A DNA stretch of 64,000 bases from Octopus vulgaris. Lineage: Eukaryota. The DNA lies in assembly GCA_951406725.2 (NCBI GenBank), contig OX597824.1, positions 74,028,001-74,092,000 of the forward strand. The letters run 5' to 3'. A program made the translations under genes and the position numbers. Below the pieces are notes generated by a model. That model was not told where the DNA came from. It searched no databases and saw nothing but the letters and a program-made list of their open reading frames with translations. Position 1 is the first letter of the stretch. Each line of letters opens with the position of its first letter. Positions 13,517 through 26,924 of this stretch are shown piece after piece.

Positions 13517-13750
13517 GTAATTAGTTACGATCAAATACGTTCTTGAGAAGGCATTTGAGCAAATGAATAGGCTACCCGGTTCTCGAATTCCAATCAGGGG
13601 AGCACATTGTGTTCCTGGGCAAAGCGCTTTACTTCATCTTACCCCAGTCTACCCAGCTAGCAAAAATGAGTATTATGACTGACAGAGGACTTGTCAGCGT
13701 CGAGTTAACAACACAGCAGCGTTAACGTCTCAGTGGTATTACGATAAACA

Positions 13751-13982
13751 AGGCGGTGAGCTGGCAGAAACGTTAGCACGCCGGGCGAAATGCTTAGCGG
13801 TATTTCGTCTGCCGCTACGTTCTGAGTTCAAATTCCGCCGAGGTCGACTTTGCCTTTCATCCTTTCGGGGTCGATAATATAAGTACCAGTTACGCACTGG
13901 GGTCGATGTAATCGACTTAATCCGTTTGTCTGTCCTTGTTTGTCCTCTCTGTGTTTAGCCCCTTGTGGGTAGTAAAGAAATA
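13751..13982 (+). mobile_element. SINE family A
   Basis: Full copy with TSD GGTATTACGA(T/A)AAACA. Confidence 0.85.
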
Positions 13983-14946
13983 GGTATTACGAAAAACACT
14001 TTCTAGTATAAAGAGAGATATACCCAGTAGTGGACTTCTATATCCCATCTTAACCTTCAGCTTTACGTTCTAGGATCAAATCCCATCCAGTTTAATTTTG
14101 CCTTTCATCTTTTCAAGGTCAGTAAAATAAAGTATCAATCATATATTGAGGTTGATTTGTGCGTTTTGTGTCATCGCTAAATTATAGGTTCTGCGTCGAT
14201 TTTGGCGATGAGCAATCAGTTGTTCGATCAACTAGACTATGTACTCATTAAATTAACGAGTAAGTGGCTGAGTATTCCACAGACACGTGTACCCTTAGTG
14301 TTATTCTCGACCAGAATCAGTGTGATTCACTGTGAGACATGATTGGATCTTTGAAGTTCAGGCATAATCTGTTGGTCGGACTTTCACAAAGTTTCCGTCT
14401 ATCCAGTTTCACTTACAAGGTTTGGGTCAACCTGAGGCTAATTGTAAGAGACACTTCGTCAATAATCCACGTATTAGAATCGGCCCCTGGAGATACATAA
14501 TGCCGAAACTCGGTAACGATGTGACCAAGCTATTGTTATAAGCCATTAATTAACGACACTGTTAAACTATAGCCACCACTCGAAATCTTCAGTAATTTGT
14601 ACCATGCTTTGTTAATTGTTATACATGCCTCTGTAATCGCGAGCAGATAGAGAAACTCTCTCAGACTTCCCGACCTTAAACCAGCTGATTACGAGTTAAT
14701 TTCACCGTTGGGAAATCAGGTTGTCGGACGACGGGCTGTTTATCGTCGAAACCGACGGAGAATTCACTATAAATAAAGCGGAGAATAAAGCAAATGCTTA
14801 ATGGTTGAGAGTCTGGTGATAAAGGCCAAGGTTATGGGACATAACATCAATAGTTGCATCACCAGCACCACTATGCCAGATATGTGAGTAGTGTTACATA
14901 ACGGGCCTTGAACGTTGTATATGGATCGGTTTCGAAGTACGCGTGG

Positions 14947-15450
14947 GGGTGCGTGGCTTAGTGGTTAGGGTGTCAGCATCATGATCGTAAGATTGTGGTT
15001 TCGATTCCTGGACTGGGCGACGCATTGTGTTCTTGAGCAAAACTCTTCATATCACGTTGCTCCAGTTCACTCAGCTGGCAAAAATGAGTAACGCTGCGAT
15101 GGACTGGCGTCCCGTCCAGCTGGGGAACGCATACGCCATAGAAACCGGGAAACCGGGCCCATGAGCCTGGATAGGCTTTAAAAGGGCACATTTATTTTGT
15201 GGAGGTGCGTGGCTTCGTGGATAGGGTGTCAGCATCATGATCGTAAGATTGTGGTTTCAACGCGTTGTGTTCTTGAGCAAAACACTTCATTTCACATTGC
15301 TCCAGACCACTCAGCTGGCAAAAAATGAGTAACGCTGCGATGGACTGGCGTCCGTCCAGCTGGGGAACACATACGCCATAGAAACCGGGAAATCGGGAAA
15401 CCGGGCCCATGACCCTGGCTAGGCTTTAAAAAGGGCGCATTTATTTATTT
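14947..15450 (+). mobile_element. Two tandem SINE family B copies (short-tail subfamily)
   Basis: Heads at about 14947 and 15202. Homologous copies at 21881-22134 (-) and 57275-57465 (+). Confidence 0.8.
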
Positions 15451-15711
15451 TAATTTTTCTAAGCACGCCTGAAGTGAAGATAATCGGAAGCGCGCATGAC
15501 TGACTGGTTAAGAAGTTCGCATCTCATCTGCGTCGTTCGGGGAGCAACCCGACCTCCTGTAAACCACAACTTTGGTTTACTCTATGCCTTGGGAGTAGAA
15601 TTTGGTGTACAAAAGCCCATCATGTGTGTGCGTGCGTACGCGCGCGACTATGAGTATATGTGTGCGCGCGTTTTATGATTTTTAGTATGTGTAGGATTTC
15701 TCTTTCTTTCT

Positions 15712-16128
15712 AGGTGTAGCTGTGTGGTAAGTAGCTTGCTTACTAACCACATGGTTCCTGGTTCAGTCCCACTGCGTGGCACCATGGGCAAGTGTCTTCT
15801 ACTATAGCCTCGGGCCGACCAAAGCCTTGTGAGTGGATATGGTAGACGGAAACTGAAAGAAGCCCGTCGTATATATGTATATAAATCTATATATGCATGT
15901 CTGTGTGCGTATATATATGTTTGTGTGTCTGTGTTTGACCCCCCCCCCCAACATCGCTTGACAACCGATGCTGGTGTGTTTACGTCCCCGTAACTTAGCG
16001 GTTCGGCAAAAAGAAACCGATAGAATAAGTACTAGGCTTACAAAGAATAAGTTCTGGGGTCGATTGGCTCGACTAAAGGCGGTGCTCCAGCATGGCCACA
16101 GTCAAATGACTGAAACAAGTAAAGAGTA
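15712..16128 (+). mobile_element. SINE family C (internal TA/TG microsatellite)
   Basis: GCTGTGTGGTAAG head, GGTTCAGTCCC B-box, GGGCAAGTGTCTTC core, GACTGAAACAAGTAAA tail. Confidence 0.8.
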
Positions 16129-16350
16129 TTGAATCTTTCGTGCAAGGAGGAAGTTGGTTTCTAACACAGAAACGAAGCTCCGTCACTGGAATTCGGATAG
16201 TAACAAAGAAAAGTGTTATATGTTAAACTTCAGAAAAGTCTTGCTGATTTCTACTGTTCCCCTTTCAAAGTTAACGTAAAAGTTAAATCGTTAACGAAAA
16301 TGTCAACTTCGTTAATTAACGATTAACGGGTTAACGGACTTATGCCCAGA

Positions 16351-16382
<32 letters not shown>

Positions 16383-16385
<3 letters not shown>

Positions 16386-16777
16386 TTATATATAAAAGAA
16401 AGTTTGTGTGTCTGTCTACTCCGATTTAGATTCCTAACTACTCCCACATTTTGCGGTGCAGTTTAACCAAAACCGGGATCCTATAGCCGTGATTCATATC
16501 AAGCCCTTCTGGGTATTAGCGCGCGTCTACGATGAGTCTACGATTTAAAAAATATTTTACCATCATTTTTTTCCATTTTAATGCATATTTTTTTTAATAT
16601 AAGGGAAGTAACTCTCTAAAAATGTCTACGATGAATCAACGATTTAAAAAGAAATTTACCTTAATTTTTTTTCCATTTTTAATGCATTTTTTTCCTATTT
16701 TTTGGCTATAACTCTCTAAAAATGCTTATATAGTTATTTCCCTTACAAACCCGAGCAACGCCGGGCGATACTGCTAG
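16383..16777 (+). mobile_element. Non-autonomous Helitron
   Basis: A|TC...CCCGAGCAACGCCGGG...CTAG|T. Same family as the other three copies. Confidence 0.85.
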
Positions 16778-16998
16778 TATACAATATTATTTATAGGAAG
16801 TTGATTATATGGCCAGTCATAGAGTGACCAATAGCCGTCTATAAGGCTACGCGCTTCATGGATGCGAAATCATTGGTCACTCCATGACCGGCCATATAAT
16901 TAACTTCCTGTAAATATATTACTGCTCTAACGTTTAGAGTGTGCTTCTTTTTCGGATATATGAACTACTGACGATGTGTGTGTGGGGGGGCGTCATAG

Positions 16999-17003
<5 letters not shown>

Positions 17004-17093
<90 letters not shown>
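17004..17093. repeat. (GATA)n microsatellite
   Basis: Direct inspection. Confidence 0.97.
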
Positions 17094-17094
<1 letters not shown>

Positions 17095-17487
17095 TGGCGG
17101 AGATTATCGATACCGGTTGGTAAAAACAAAAAAAAATCCTTTACTTTAGGAATGAATGAGGTGCTTTGAAAAGCAAGTTACAAACATTCAGTGAGGTCGG
17201 ATCTTCACTTCCGAGAAAACCGATGTACCGGGAAACCTACAAACACATCCACATCATACATAGATTAGGTTTATTCTTCTTCCCTCTCGAACCTACGGGG
17301 TCTACACGAGTGCCCTGTATGCCCATACATTAAGAAGGTTCTGTATTTGTTCTCTCTCTGTTGTTTTTGCCAACAGAAATTCAGTGAACCAGTTTCTGAT
17401 TTGCTAACAACGACGCTATTGTTCACAATTTGCGAAATAAATTAAATGTATGATTCAACCTTACGACGCAGCATTTAGACAAATGCC

Positions 17488-17891
17488 GGATCTTTTCGGT
17501 TTGAACGGCAGTTTTTTCTAGCGGTGTCATATAAAATTGTCACCCATAATTATGACCCTAGTATCGATCTATTGCATTTCAAACTGTTTTAGGGTTAGGA
17601 GAAGGGTATCTTTTTTTCTTCACAAATGTAAATAAACCCAATCTGTTTCTTAAACGAGGGACATATTCATACGGCACAGAATGTTTTCACCTCAATAGAC
17701 GTCACTGATTGGTTGAAATTGCTGAAATTGAAGAAAAAAACAACAATTATCTTACAAACGATAGAATTTTCTCAATAAAGCCAAGAGAAAAAGATGTTCT
17801 ATAAACACATTCTACCATTATACGAAGTTTAAAAGTGTTTAGTTACGTGGAAATTATTTAAAAAAAACTGCCGTTCAAACCGAAAAGATCC
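17488..17891. mobile_element. Merlin-like MITE (opposite orientation)
   Basis: TIRs with 8-bp TSD CAAATGCC. Confidence 0.87.
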
Positions 17892-18158
17892 CAAATGCCT
17901 TCTACTATAGCCCCGGGTGACCAAAGCCTTATAAGTGAATCCAGCATGGTCGCAGTCCAATGACTGAAACAAGTAAAAGATAAAGAAAACAAAGTATTTT
18001 CTGGCTCTAAAGAAGTTGAGTCGCTGGGAAGAAGTTTTGGCAATGTTACAGAGAATGTAAGGCTTTGGCCATTTATAACCACTGTGGGCGTTTTAATGAC
18101 TTCTTTGTTTGTTGCCGGTTGAGTTTGTTTGTTTGGCCATCAGCAGAAACACAGACAA

Positions 18159-18860
<702 letters not shown>

Positions 18861-19106
18861 GATTGATAGCTTGAAGACAGTTATAATACACATACATCAT
18901 TTTCATCAAGCCATGTTTCAATTGAAACTTTCACATTAAATTTATATGTTAATAATGTTTAGCGAATGACAAAGCATAACTGCGTGAGCTTAAATATATT
19001 TATACCACTGAGCTCTCTCTCTCTTGCTCTCTCTAATTGTCCGTCCTTTAAAATCTACTGTAGTATATATTATAACTTTCCATTGTCTACTTTTTGCTAG
19101 TTGATA

Positions 19107-19620
19107 TCCATCCATCTATTTTCTCTGCCCAGTACTCCTGAGACGGTCGTGAGGGTAGATTCCTTAGGCACCTCTTCCATAGGGTCCTATCAGAAGCAAC
19201 TGCCATTAGATTTTCCGGCTGGATTCTCAAGTGTGCACTACTGAGACTATGGATATCATCCAACCATCTCGTTCTTGATCTGCCCTTAGGTCTCCTGCTG
19301 GTTGGTTCGACTTGAATAATCCGTCTTGGGATTCTTTCCTGCAACATTCTAATCTCGTTCCCTTATTACCGGAGCTTTGATCTCTCAATGCAGAGAAAAA
19401 TAGCGGCTCAACCTGGAGAGACTCCCTGATCTCAAAGCTACGCACCCTGTCGAGTTACGTTGCTCTACATATCTTCCATCGGAATCCTATTTTGTCCAAT
19501 TTCATTCACGATTGTATTCTTTCAGTCATTACCCAGCATTCATGACCATAAGAGAGGACAGATGCAAAAGCACATTGAAGATAGCAAGTTTGAATTTTTC
19601 ACCAAACTCTCCTCTTTGTT
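19107..19620 (-). mobile_element. Decayed RTE-type LINE 3' end
   Basis: MLQERIPRRIIQVEPTSRRPKGRSRTRWLDDI...ASDRTLWKR is a typical RTE RT C-terminus. Confidence 0.78.
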
Positions 19621-20459
19621 CTATGAAAGTAGATTGGCAGAACTGATAGAGCGTCGGACAAACTGACATGTAAAGAGCCGTAACTAATTTGGCTACGGCT
19701 CTTTACATTCTTAGTTCAAATCTTTCCGAGGTAAAACTTTTGCTTTTTGAAACCGAGAGAATTTCAATAAAAATAAAGCGACTATCAAGTGCTAGGAATC
19801 GACTTGATATTTCTAGATATGATTAGAACTATAATAGAAGATAAATACCCGGGAAAACACTTGGCTTAGGTCAATAAAAGAACATACTACATGAATAATG
19901 ATGGCAGTTTCTTCTTGTCTGAAAATCATTAAGAAGAGAGCAATACTCTCAACTGGTAATGTAAACCGATCCTTGACGCTGCAGGAGTTTTCTTCCTGAC
20001 TGCGCTTAGTAATTAAATGAGGCAGTCCATGCATTCTGAACCCACTCGTTAGACATAAAAGTCTGGCTACAGTGGCTCAGCGGACTAAGATGGCTACGAT
20101 GAGCAGCAAATTGTAGGTTTTACATTGGAGTTACCGTCTCCTCGGTGATTCGCCCGACAAATAAAAATAACAAATCTAGATGTATTGTGACTCACACTAT
20201 TTTTAAAGGAACTATTAACACTCGAATTTTCGAGCGTTATACATTTTTAACACTCACAGAAACAACTAAAGTCGTAATGATGTCATTTCATAGAATATAA
20301 GACAATATAATTAAAGAATAAAAAGGAGAGACAGGGGGAAGGAGGAGGGAAACAGAGGAAAGAGAGAGAGTGTGTCTGCTTTGGATGAATCATATTTTTT
20401 AAAGCGTCATAAAGGCCTAAAATGTCTCACTGTTACATTATAAGACCTAAGTCAACCGC

Positions 20460-21113
20460 TCACAGGCTGTCTATTTAAAACTATATATGACTATGGTACG
20501 TCCAAACAATTTGCATCTCCAGTCTGGAACCCTAGTCTTTTCCAGAATATCAGTCTACTGGAGGCTATCCTGAGATGTGCAACCGTAAGAATGACCTCTA
20601 TCGGTCACTTACCTCATCTTGAACGTCTTGTTTCACTGGGCATCGACACACTAAAGCTTTGATGTCAAGCAGCTGACTTGGTGGAAGCCCACAAAATTAT
20701 CCACCGCTTTTCCAACAACGACGACTTTGGTCACCTTTCTGAATTCAATACTTCTACCACATCTGTGGACTTCCTTATAAGACCAAACTTCACCCGTCTA
20801 ACATCCGTGGACATATTTACAAAGTCAGAAAACAGCACAGCTCCCATGACTTTAGGAAACATTTTTTCACGCTAAGAGTTGCTGAACAAACTGCCGGCAT
20901 CAGTTGTTAGTTGTCGGAGCACTGCATCCTTCAAAACTCCCATGCTTCCTGAAATTCGCCAACACTACACCTGATTTTCTCCCCTCCATACACACACAAG
21001 CATGTATCTGACTCATACATTGTTCGCTTTCCAGACATTTGTACATTACTGCATATATTCTATACGCACTTTCTGACAAGTTGTGGTGCACCTGAGCACT
21101 GTATACAATAATT

Positions 21114-21165
<52 letters not shown>

Positions 21166-21700
21166 CTGTGGACTTCCTTATAAGAACCAAACTTCACCCG
21201 TCTAACACCCGTGGACATATTTACAAAGTCAGAAAACAGCACAGCTCCCATGACTTTAGGAAACATTTTTTTCACGCTAAGAGTTGCTGAAGCATGGAAC
21301 AAACTGCCGGCATCAGTTGTTAGTTGTCGGAGCACTGCATCCTTCAAAACTCCCATGCTTCCTGAAATTCGCCAACACTACACCTGATTTTCTCCCCTCC
21401 ATACACACACGAGCATGTATCTGACTCATACATTATTCGCTTTCCAGACATTTGTACATTACTGCATATGCTTTATACGCACTTTCTGACAAGCTGTGGT
21501 GCACCTGAGCACTGTATACAATAATTTCATTATTATTATTATTATTTCATTATTTATTACAATACTCTCGAGTTTCGCAAAGATCTTTTCGCGCTCAGAA
21601 TTTTCAAAGCTTGAAATAAACTACTTGGATTGATTGTTAACCATCACAACATTGCATGTATCCTTCAAAAATTCAATGCTTCCTGAACTCACACAACGTT
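20460..21700 (+). mobile_element. CR1-type LINE 3' region: old copy containing two younger tandem 3'-end copies (20761-21163, 21164-21545)
   Basis: FASPVWNP..LLEA..ERL..LG..DLVEAHKI and FF..RV...WNKLP motifs, with (ATT)n tails. Confidence 0.75.
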
Positions 21701-21880
21701 CCTGAGGTGCCTATGCACTCTTTCGTCTTTAAGGCTCTTTTGCTTTGTTGGCTATCATCGCTGTGTTGCTTTATTTAACTTATTGCTGCTTTTTGCTCTT
21801 TCTTTTATATTTTTTGTATTTTACATGAGGATTGCATAAGTAAGCTCATTACTATTAATTACTTTTATTAAAATATAAAT

Positions 21881-22134
21881 AAGATAAATGCGTCATTTTA
21901 AAGCCTAACCAGGCTCGTGAGCCCGGTTTCCCGATTTCTATGGCGTATGTGTTCCCCAGCTGGACGGGGCGCCAGTCCATCGCAGCGTTACTCATTTTTG
22001 CCTGCTGAGTGGACTGGAGCAATGTGAAATGAAGTGTTTTGCTCAAGAACACAACGCGTCGCCCAGTCCTGGAATCGAAACCACAATCTTACGATCATGA
22101 TACTGACACCCTAACCACTAAACCACGCGCCTCC
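21881..22134 (-). mobile_element. SINE family B (short-tail subfamily)
   Basis: Reverse complement of 14947-15195. Confidence 0.8.
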
Positions 22135-22489
22135 ACACCTTTATTAACAAGGTCAATCGAAATAATGTTGACATTATCCATGGGACGCAACTCAGAAAAA
22201 TCATTCCCAAAAGCACGGTATAATTATCTCCCTTACACTGTTCTCGAAACGGTCGCTTGCCTCGCACTTACAGTAGAATTGGCTCGTCAGTCAAATTTAC
22301 TCGACAGTCAAATTTACGCCTGTCAAATCATACTCGACAGTCTTTAAAAAGAGAGACTGAACAAAAGTCAATGGGAAAACTACATTCTACTGTCTACAAC
22401 AAGAGAATAATATATTGAACAATACAGTCCTTGACAGGCTGTCTTTAAGAAAAAATAAGATGATCATAGCCGGAACAGCTTTAATCATA

Positions 22490-22915
22490 GGTCTTTTCGG
22501 TTTGAACGGCAGTTTTTTCTAGCGGTGTCATATGAAATTGTCACCCATAATTATGACCTTAGTATCGATCTATTGCATTTCAATCTGTTTTAGGGTTAGG
22601 GTTAGTTAGGGTTAGAGGTGGGGAGAAGGGTATCTTTTTTTCTTCACAAATGTAAATAAACCCAATCTGTTTCTTAAACGGGGGACATATTCATACGGCA
22701 CAGAATGTTTTCATCTCAATAGACGTCATTGGTTGGTTGAAATTGCAGAAATTGAAGAAAAAACAACAACAAATATCTTACAAACGATAGAATATTTTCA
22801 ATAAATCCAAGAGAAAAAGATGTTTTATAAACACATTCTACCAGTATACGAGTTGAATAGTGTTTAGTTACGTGGAAATTATTTTTAAAAACTGCCGTTC
22901 AAACCGAAAAGATCC
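22490..22915. mobile_element. Merlin-like MITE
   Basis: TIRs and internal TTAGGG tract. TSD not clear. Confidence 0.82.
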
Positions 22916-23290
22916 GATCTTTTAGGTCTGATCTGAACTAAACAACAGCAGCAATTACTTAGAGTTATTCGCAAGCAAGTGGTGGTTAAGAGGTTCACAT
23001 CGCAACTATCTGCTTCCGCGTACGATCTCCCTACGCGGCATTGAGGAAAAGTGGTGTTATTTTATTATTGTGGCCCTTGAATATCTTTTGTGTAGTCCAC
23101 TCTTAGAAAGCATTTGGAGTCAGGTCTCTTTTTTCACCATTCTCAGAGATAGAGGAAAAGATTATAGGTGCTGCTCTTCCTTTTCTAAGTCAGCAGTTTG
23201 AACCTTTTTTTTAAATCACTGGTGGAGATGTATGGCCCTGCAATCATTAGGTTGTGACTTCGATATCTGGACTGTACAAATTTGTGTTAA

Positions 23291-23688
23291 TCTTTATATA
23301 TAAAAGTGAGGTTGTGTGTCTGTCTCCTACGATTTAGATTCCTAACTACTCCCACATTTTGCGGTGCAGTTTAACCAAAACCGGGTATCTTATAGTCGTG
23401 ATTCATATCGAGCCCTTCTGGGTATTAGCGCGCGTCTACGATGAGTCTACGATTTAAAAAAAAATTTACCATAATTTTTTTCCATTTTAATGCATTTTTT
23501 CGTTATTATATAAGGGAAGTAACTCTCTAAAAATGTCTACGATGAGTCAACGATTTTAAAAAAAATTTACAATCAGTTTTTCCCATTTTTAATGCATTTT
23601 TTTTGCTATTTTTTGGCTATAACTCTCTAAAAATGCTTATATAGTTATTTCCCTTACAAACCCGAGCAACGCCGGGCGATATTGCTAG
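23291..23688 (+). mobile_element. Non-autonomous Helitron
   Basis: A|TC...hairpin...CTAG|T. Confidence 0.85.
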
Positions 23689-23698
23689 TACTATATAT

Positions 23699-23900
23699 GG
23701 ATCTTTTCGGTTTGAACGGCAGTTTTTCTAGCGGTGTCATATGAAATTGTCACCCATAATTATGCCCCTAGTATCGATCTATTGCATTTCAATCTGTTTG
23801 AGGGTTAGGGTTAGGGTCATTCTACCAGTATACGAAGTTTAAAAGTGTTTAGTTACGTGGAAATTATTTTTAAAATCTGCCGTTCAAACCGAAAAGATCC
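23699..23900. mobile_element. Merlin-like MITE, internally deleted
   Basis: TIRs with 8-bp TSD CTATATAT. The deletion starts at the TTAGGG tract. Confidence 0.85.
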
Positions 23901-24420
23901 CTATATATTGTTTTCTATCTTAACTCTCAAGGATACGGTAAGTAAAATAACATTTCAAATGACATCGTCTTTAATTAATATCCGGTATTTTAAATGATAT
24001 GGTAACTTTTACACTGTTTCTTAAGCTATCCTTAAACGATGTTATTTGAAATGTTATTTTACTTACCGCATCCTTGAAAGTTAAGACATAAAACAATATA
24101 TAGTATTAGCATAAATTTGTATAAGATGATGAAACAGATTCTTTCTTTAATGCTGTTGATCGTAACGTCGTAAACAAAAGCGTGTCCATGTGGCCGAGCT
24201 ATTTGAAACGTTCAAAGCAGCTGACGACTGACAAGCTCATTATATCAACAAACAGCTTTCTTCTTCTGTTTAAGACGCTTCAACTACAATGGTAGTTTCC
24301 ACTTCTTTTTCTCTCTGATTCAGTCTGTTCTTGAATCTCCTACCAACCAGATACAAATTCGGGTCGCCATAAACAAAACTGTTTCACAGAATCACTACTC
24401 AGGATGATGCCTTCTTTATA

Positions 24421-24551
24421 TAAGGTTGTCCCATAAGTTCGTAGAAAGTCTTGGAAAATAATGGTCTTTATTTTGAGGAATAATTTTTGTTGTTTTTGTT
24501 AGTACTTGGCGAGTAAAAATTCAATTTTTACGAACTTTTGGGACAACCTAA
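24421..24551. mobile_element. Mariner-type MITE (131 bp)
   Basis: TIR TAAGGTTGTCCCATAAGTTCGTA / TACGAACTTTTGGGACAACCTAA with TA TSD. The empty site is visible in the duplicate at about 25408. Confidence 0.8.
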
Positions 24552-25796
24552 TATTACGTTGAAGGATAATCCTTTTGAATGATGCCCTTTTCTCTCCAAG
24601 CCATACCCACCTTCCAACGAAATATATTTTTAAATTAGTAATTGGAATACAGACATAAATACAAGCACAATTGTGAAATTGGGGGAAGGAGTTTGCTTTG
24701 CAAGCAGGTGGTTCAGAGTTCAAGCCAACTGCTTGATATCTTAGACAAGTGACTTCTGATATAGCCTTGAGCTGAAATTGGCAAGCAGATACTGTTTGGA
24801 AGTTCGTTATGTGAGCGCATGTGTGTGTATATGTGCTGGTGCACGCGTAGGTGTGTGTATGTATTTTTGTTTTGCGACATAGCAGTTTGACAAATAGTGT
24901 TCAATAAGTGAAGTAGCAGACTTAGAAATAAGTACTTAAGTCTATATAATTGACTAAAGCCATTTACTGTTTTAATAAAAGGACACATTGGATAAAGTAG
25001 TCTTTAGAAACATATACTATGTTTAAAAATAAGACTGGATGGCCACAGCCGAAATGCCTTTGATTATAAAGCCTGCTGAACCAGAAAAAATAGCAACATA
25101 CGATGATTCGGAAACTGCTGGCACATGGAGTTGTGTATAAGTTCGGAGTGTTGATATTTTGGAGCAGAGTGTGTATATGAGAGAGAGGAGTAGAGGAAGG
25201 AGAAAGAGAGGGAGAGAGATACACACACACACACACACACACACATACAAATAGAGACTTACAGGCAGACAGAGAGAGATGGAGACAGACAGATAGGCAG
25301 AATGATGTCTTGTAAACACATGGTATGGCAACAACACAGGCAGTAATTTGGGGTCGCCATAAACAAACCTGTTTCACAAAATCACTACTCTGGATGATGC
25401 CTTCTATATATTGGGTTGAGGGATAACCCTTTTGAATGATGCCTTTTTCTCTCCAAGCCATACCCACCACCACTGATAGTGAACTGAACTGAGTAATGCA
25501 TGCTAACAAAAAAAAAATTGTCAGTTTTACAATGTTCCTTTTGTCTACAGTTAGTTAATAATATAACTATTTTTACAAATCTCAAACCAAATAAAAACTA
25601 TAGCATGTAAATATTGGGTTAAAACCCTTTACATGTTGTTATTTATAGCTTCAGTGGCTTCGAGATTCACTATTCCTAAAAAGAATTATTTCATGTCCTT
25701 GAAATTTATGAATTCATATGACATCAACACACACACACATACACACACGTGCGCACACACACACACACACACAACACACACACACACACACATATA

Positions 25797-25937
25797 TGCT
25801 GTGTGGTAAGAAGCTTGTTTCCAATCATATGGTTTGGGTTCAGTCCTACAGCATGGCACCTTGGGTGTCTTCTATTATAGCCTCGAGACGACCAAAGCCA
25901 TGTGAGTGGATAGAATGAAACTGAAAGAAAACTGTTG

Positions 25938-26010
<73 letters not shown>

Positions 26011-26238
26011 CTGTGTGTCTTTGTGTCTGTTTGTCCCGCCATCACCACTTGACAACCGGTGTTGGTGTGTTTATGTCCCCCATAACTTAGTGGTTAGGGC
26101 AAAAAAGACTGATAGAATAAGAACTAAGCTTAAAGAATAAGTCCTGGGGTCGACTTGTTCAACAAAAAACACTTCGAGGTGGTGCACTAGCATGGCCACT
26201 GTCAAATGACTGAAACAAATAAAAAAATAAAAAATAAA
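25797..26238 (+). mobile_element. SINE family C
   Basis: Homologous to 15712-16128. Confidence 0.75.
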
Positions 26239-26588
26239 TGTATATGGTGATTAAAGTGTTTAATTCCTGATCATAAGGTCACATGCTTAATATCTAGATA
26301 TAATGGTGCTTGTATCCTTAAGCAAGGCACTTCACATTTTTATGTTACTCCAGTTTAATTATCTGAAATAAAAAGCCATCTGGTTGCAGTAGTGCAGCCC
26401 TCTCTCCCATCATCTGTCATATCCTAGCAGTTCTGCTGGGTCAACAGTAGCAAGACTATGTGAGTGTTTACTCTGTGGTCACAGAGGCATCTAAGGTAAT
26501 TACCAAAAGCATGATGCACATTACTAAACCATACACACTCATGAGAGAAGCCTGACTATACTACATTATACTATATATATATATATAA

Positions 26589-26924
26589 AGGGTAAAAACC
26601 CCCATCAGTCATGAATGACAATGGGATTGCACCTAGAAGATTCCCTTCCAATGCACAAGTTTGGGTAAGGTTGTTTATGGAAGACCAGCAGTCACCCATG
26701 CATACCAGCTTCCCTTCTCCGTGCCATTGATGTTATCCAAGGGAAAGGCAAAGACTACTACAGTTTGGCACCAGTGACATTGCAATTCATTTCTGCAACT
26801 GAGTGAACTGGAGCAGTGTGAAATAGAGTGTCTTGCTCAAGAACACGACACAGCCTGGTCCTGGAATCGAATTCACTACCTCATGATTGCAAGCCCCGTG
26901 ATCTAATCACTGAGCAATGCACCT
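26589..26924 (-). mobile_element. SINE family B, CpG-decayed
   Basis: Reverse complement of 5838-6177. Further copies at 32091-32385 (+), 35421-35735 (-) and 52603-52768 (-). Confidence 0.78.

Larger units (their letters stand above)
23275..24121. mobile_element. Foldback MITE with long inverted arms, interrupted by a Helitron and a Merlin-like MITE
   Basis: With the two inserts removed, the left arm TACAAATTTGTGTTAATACTATATATTGTTTT...ACATCGT is the reverse complement of 24036-24121. Confidence 0.72.
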
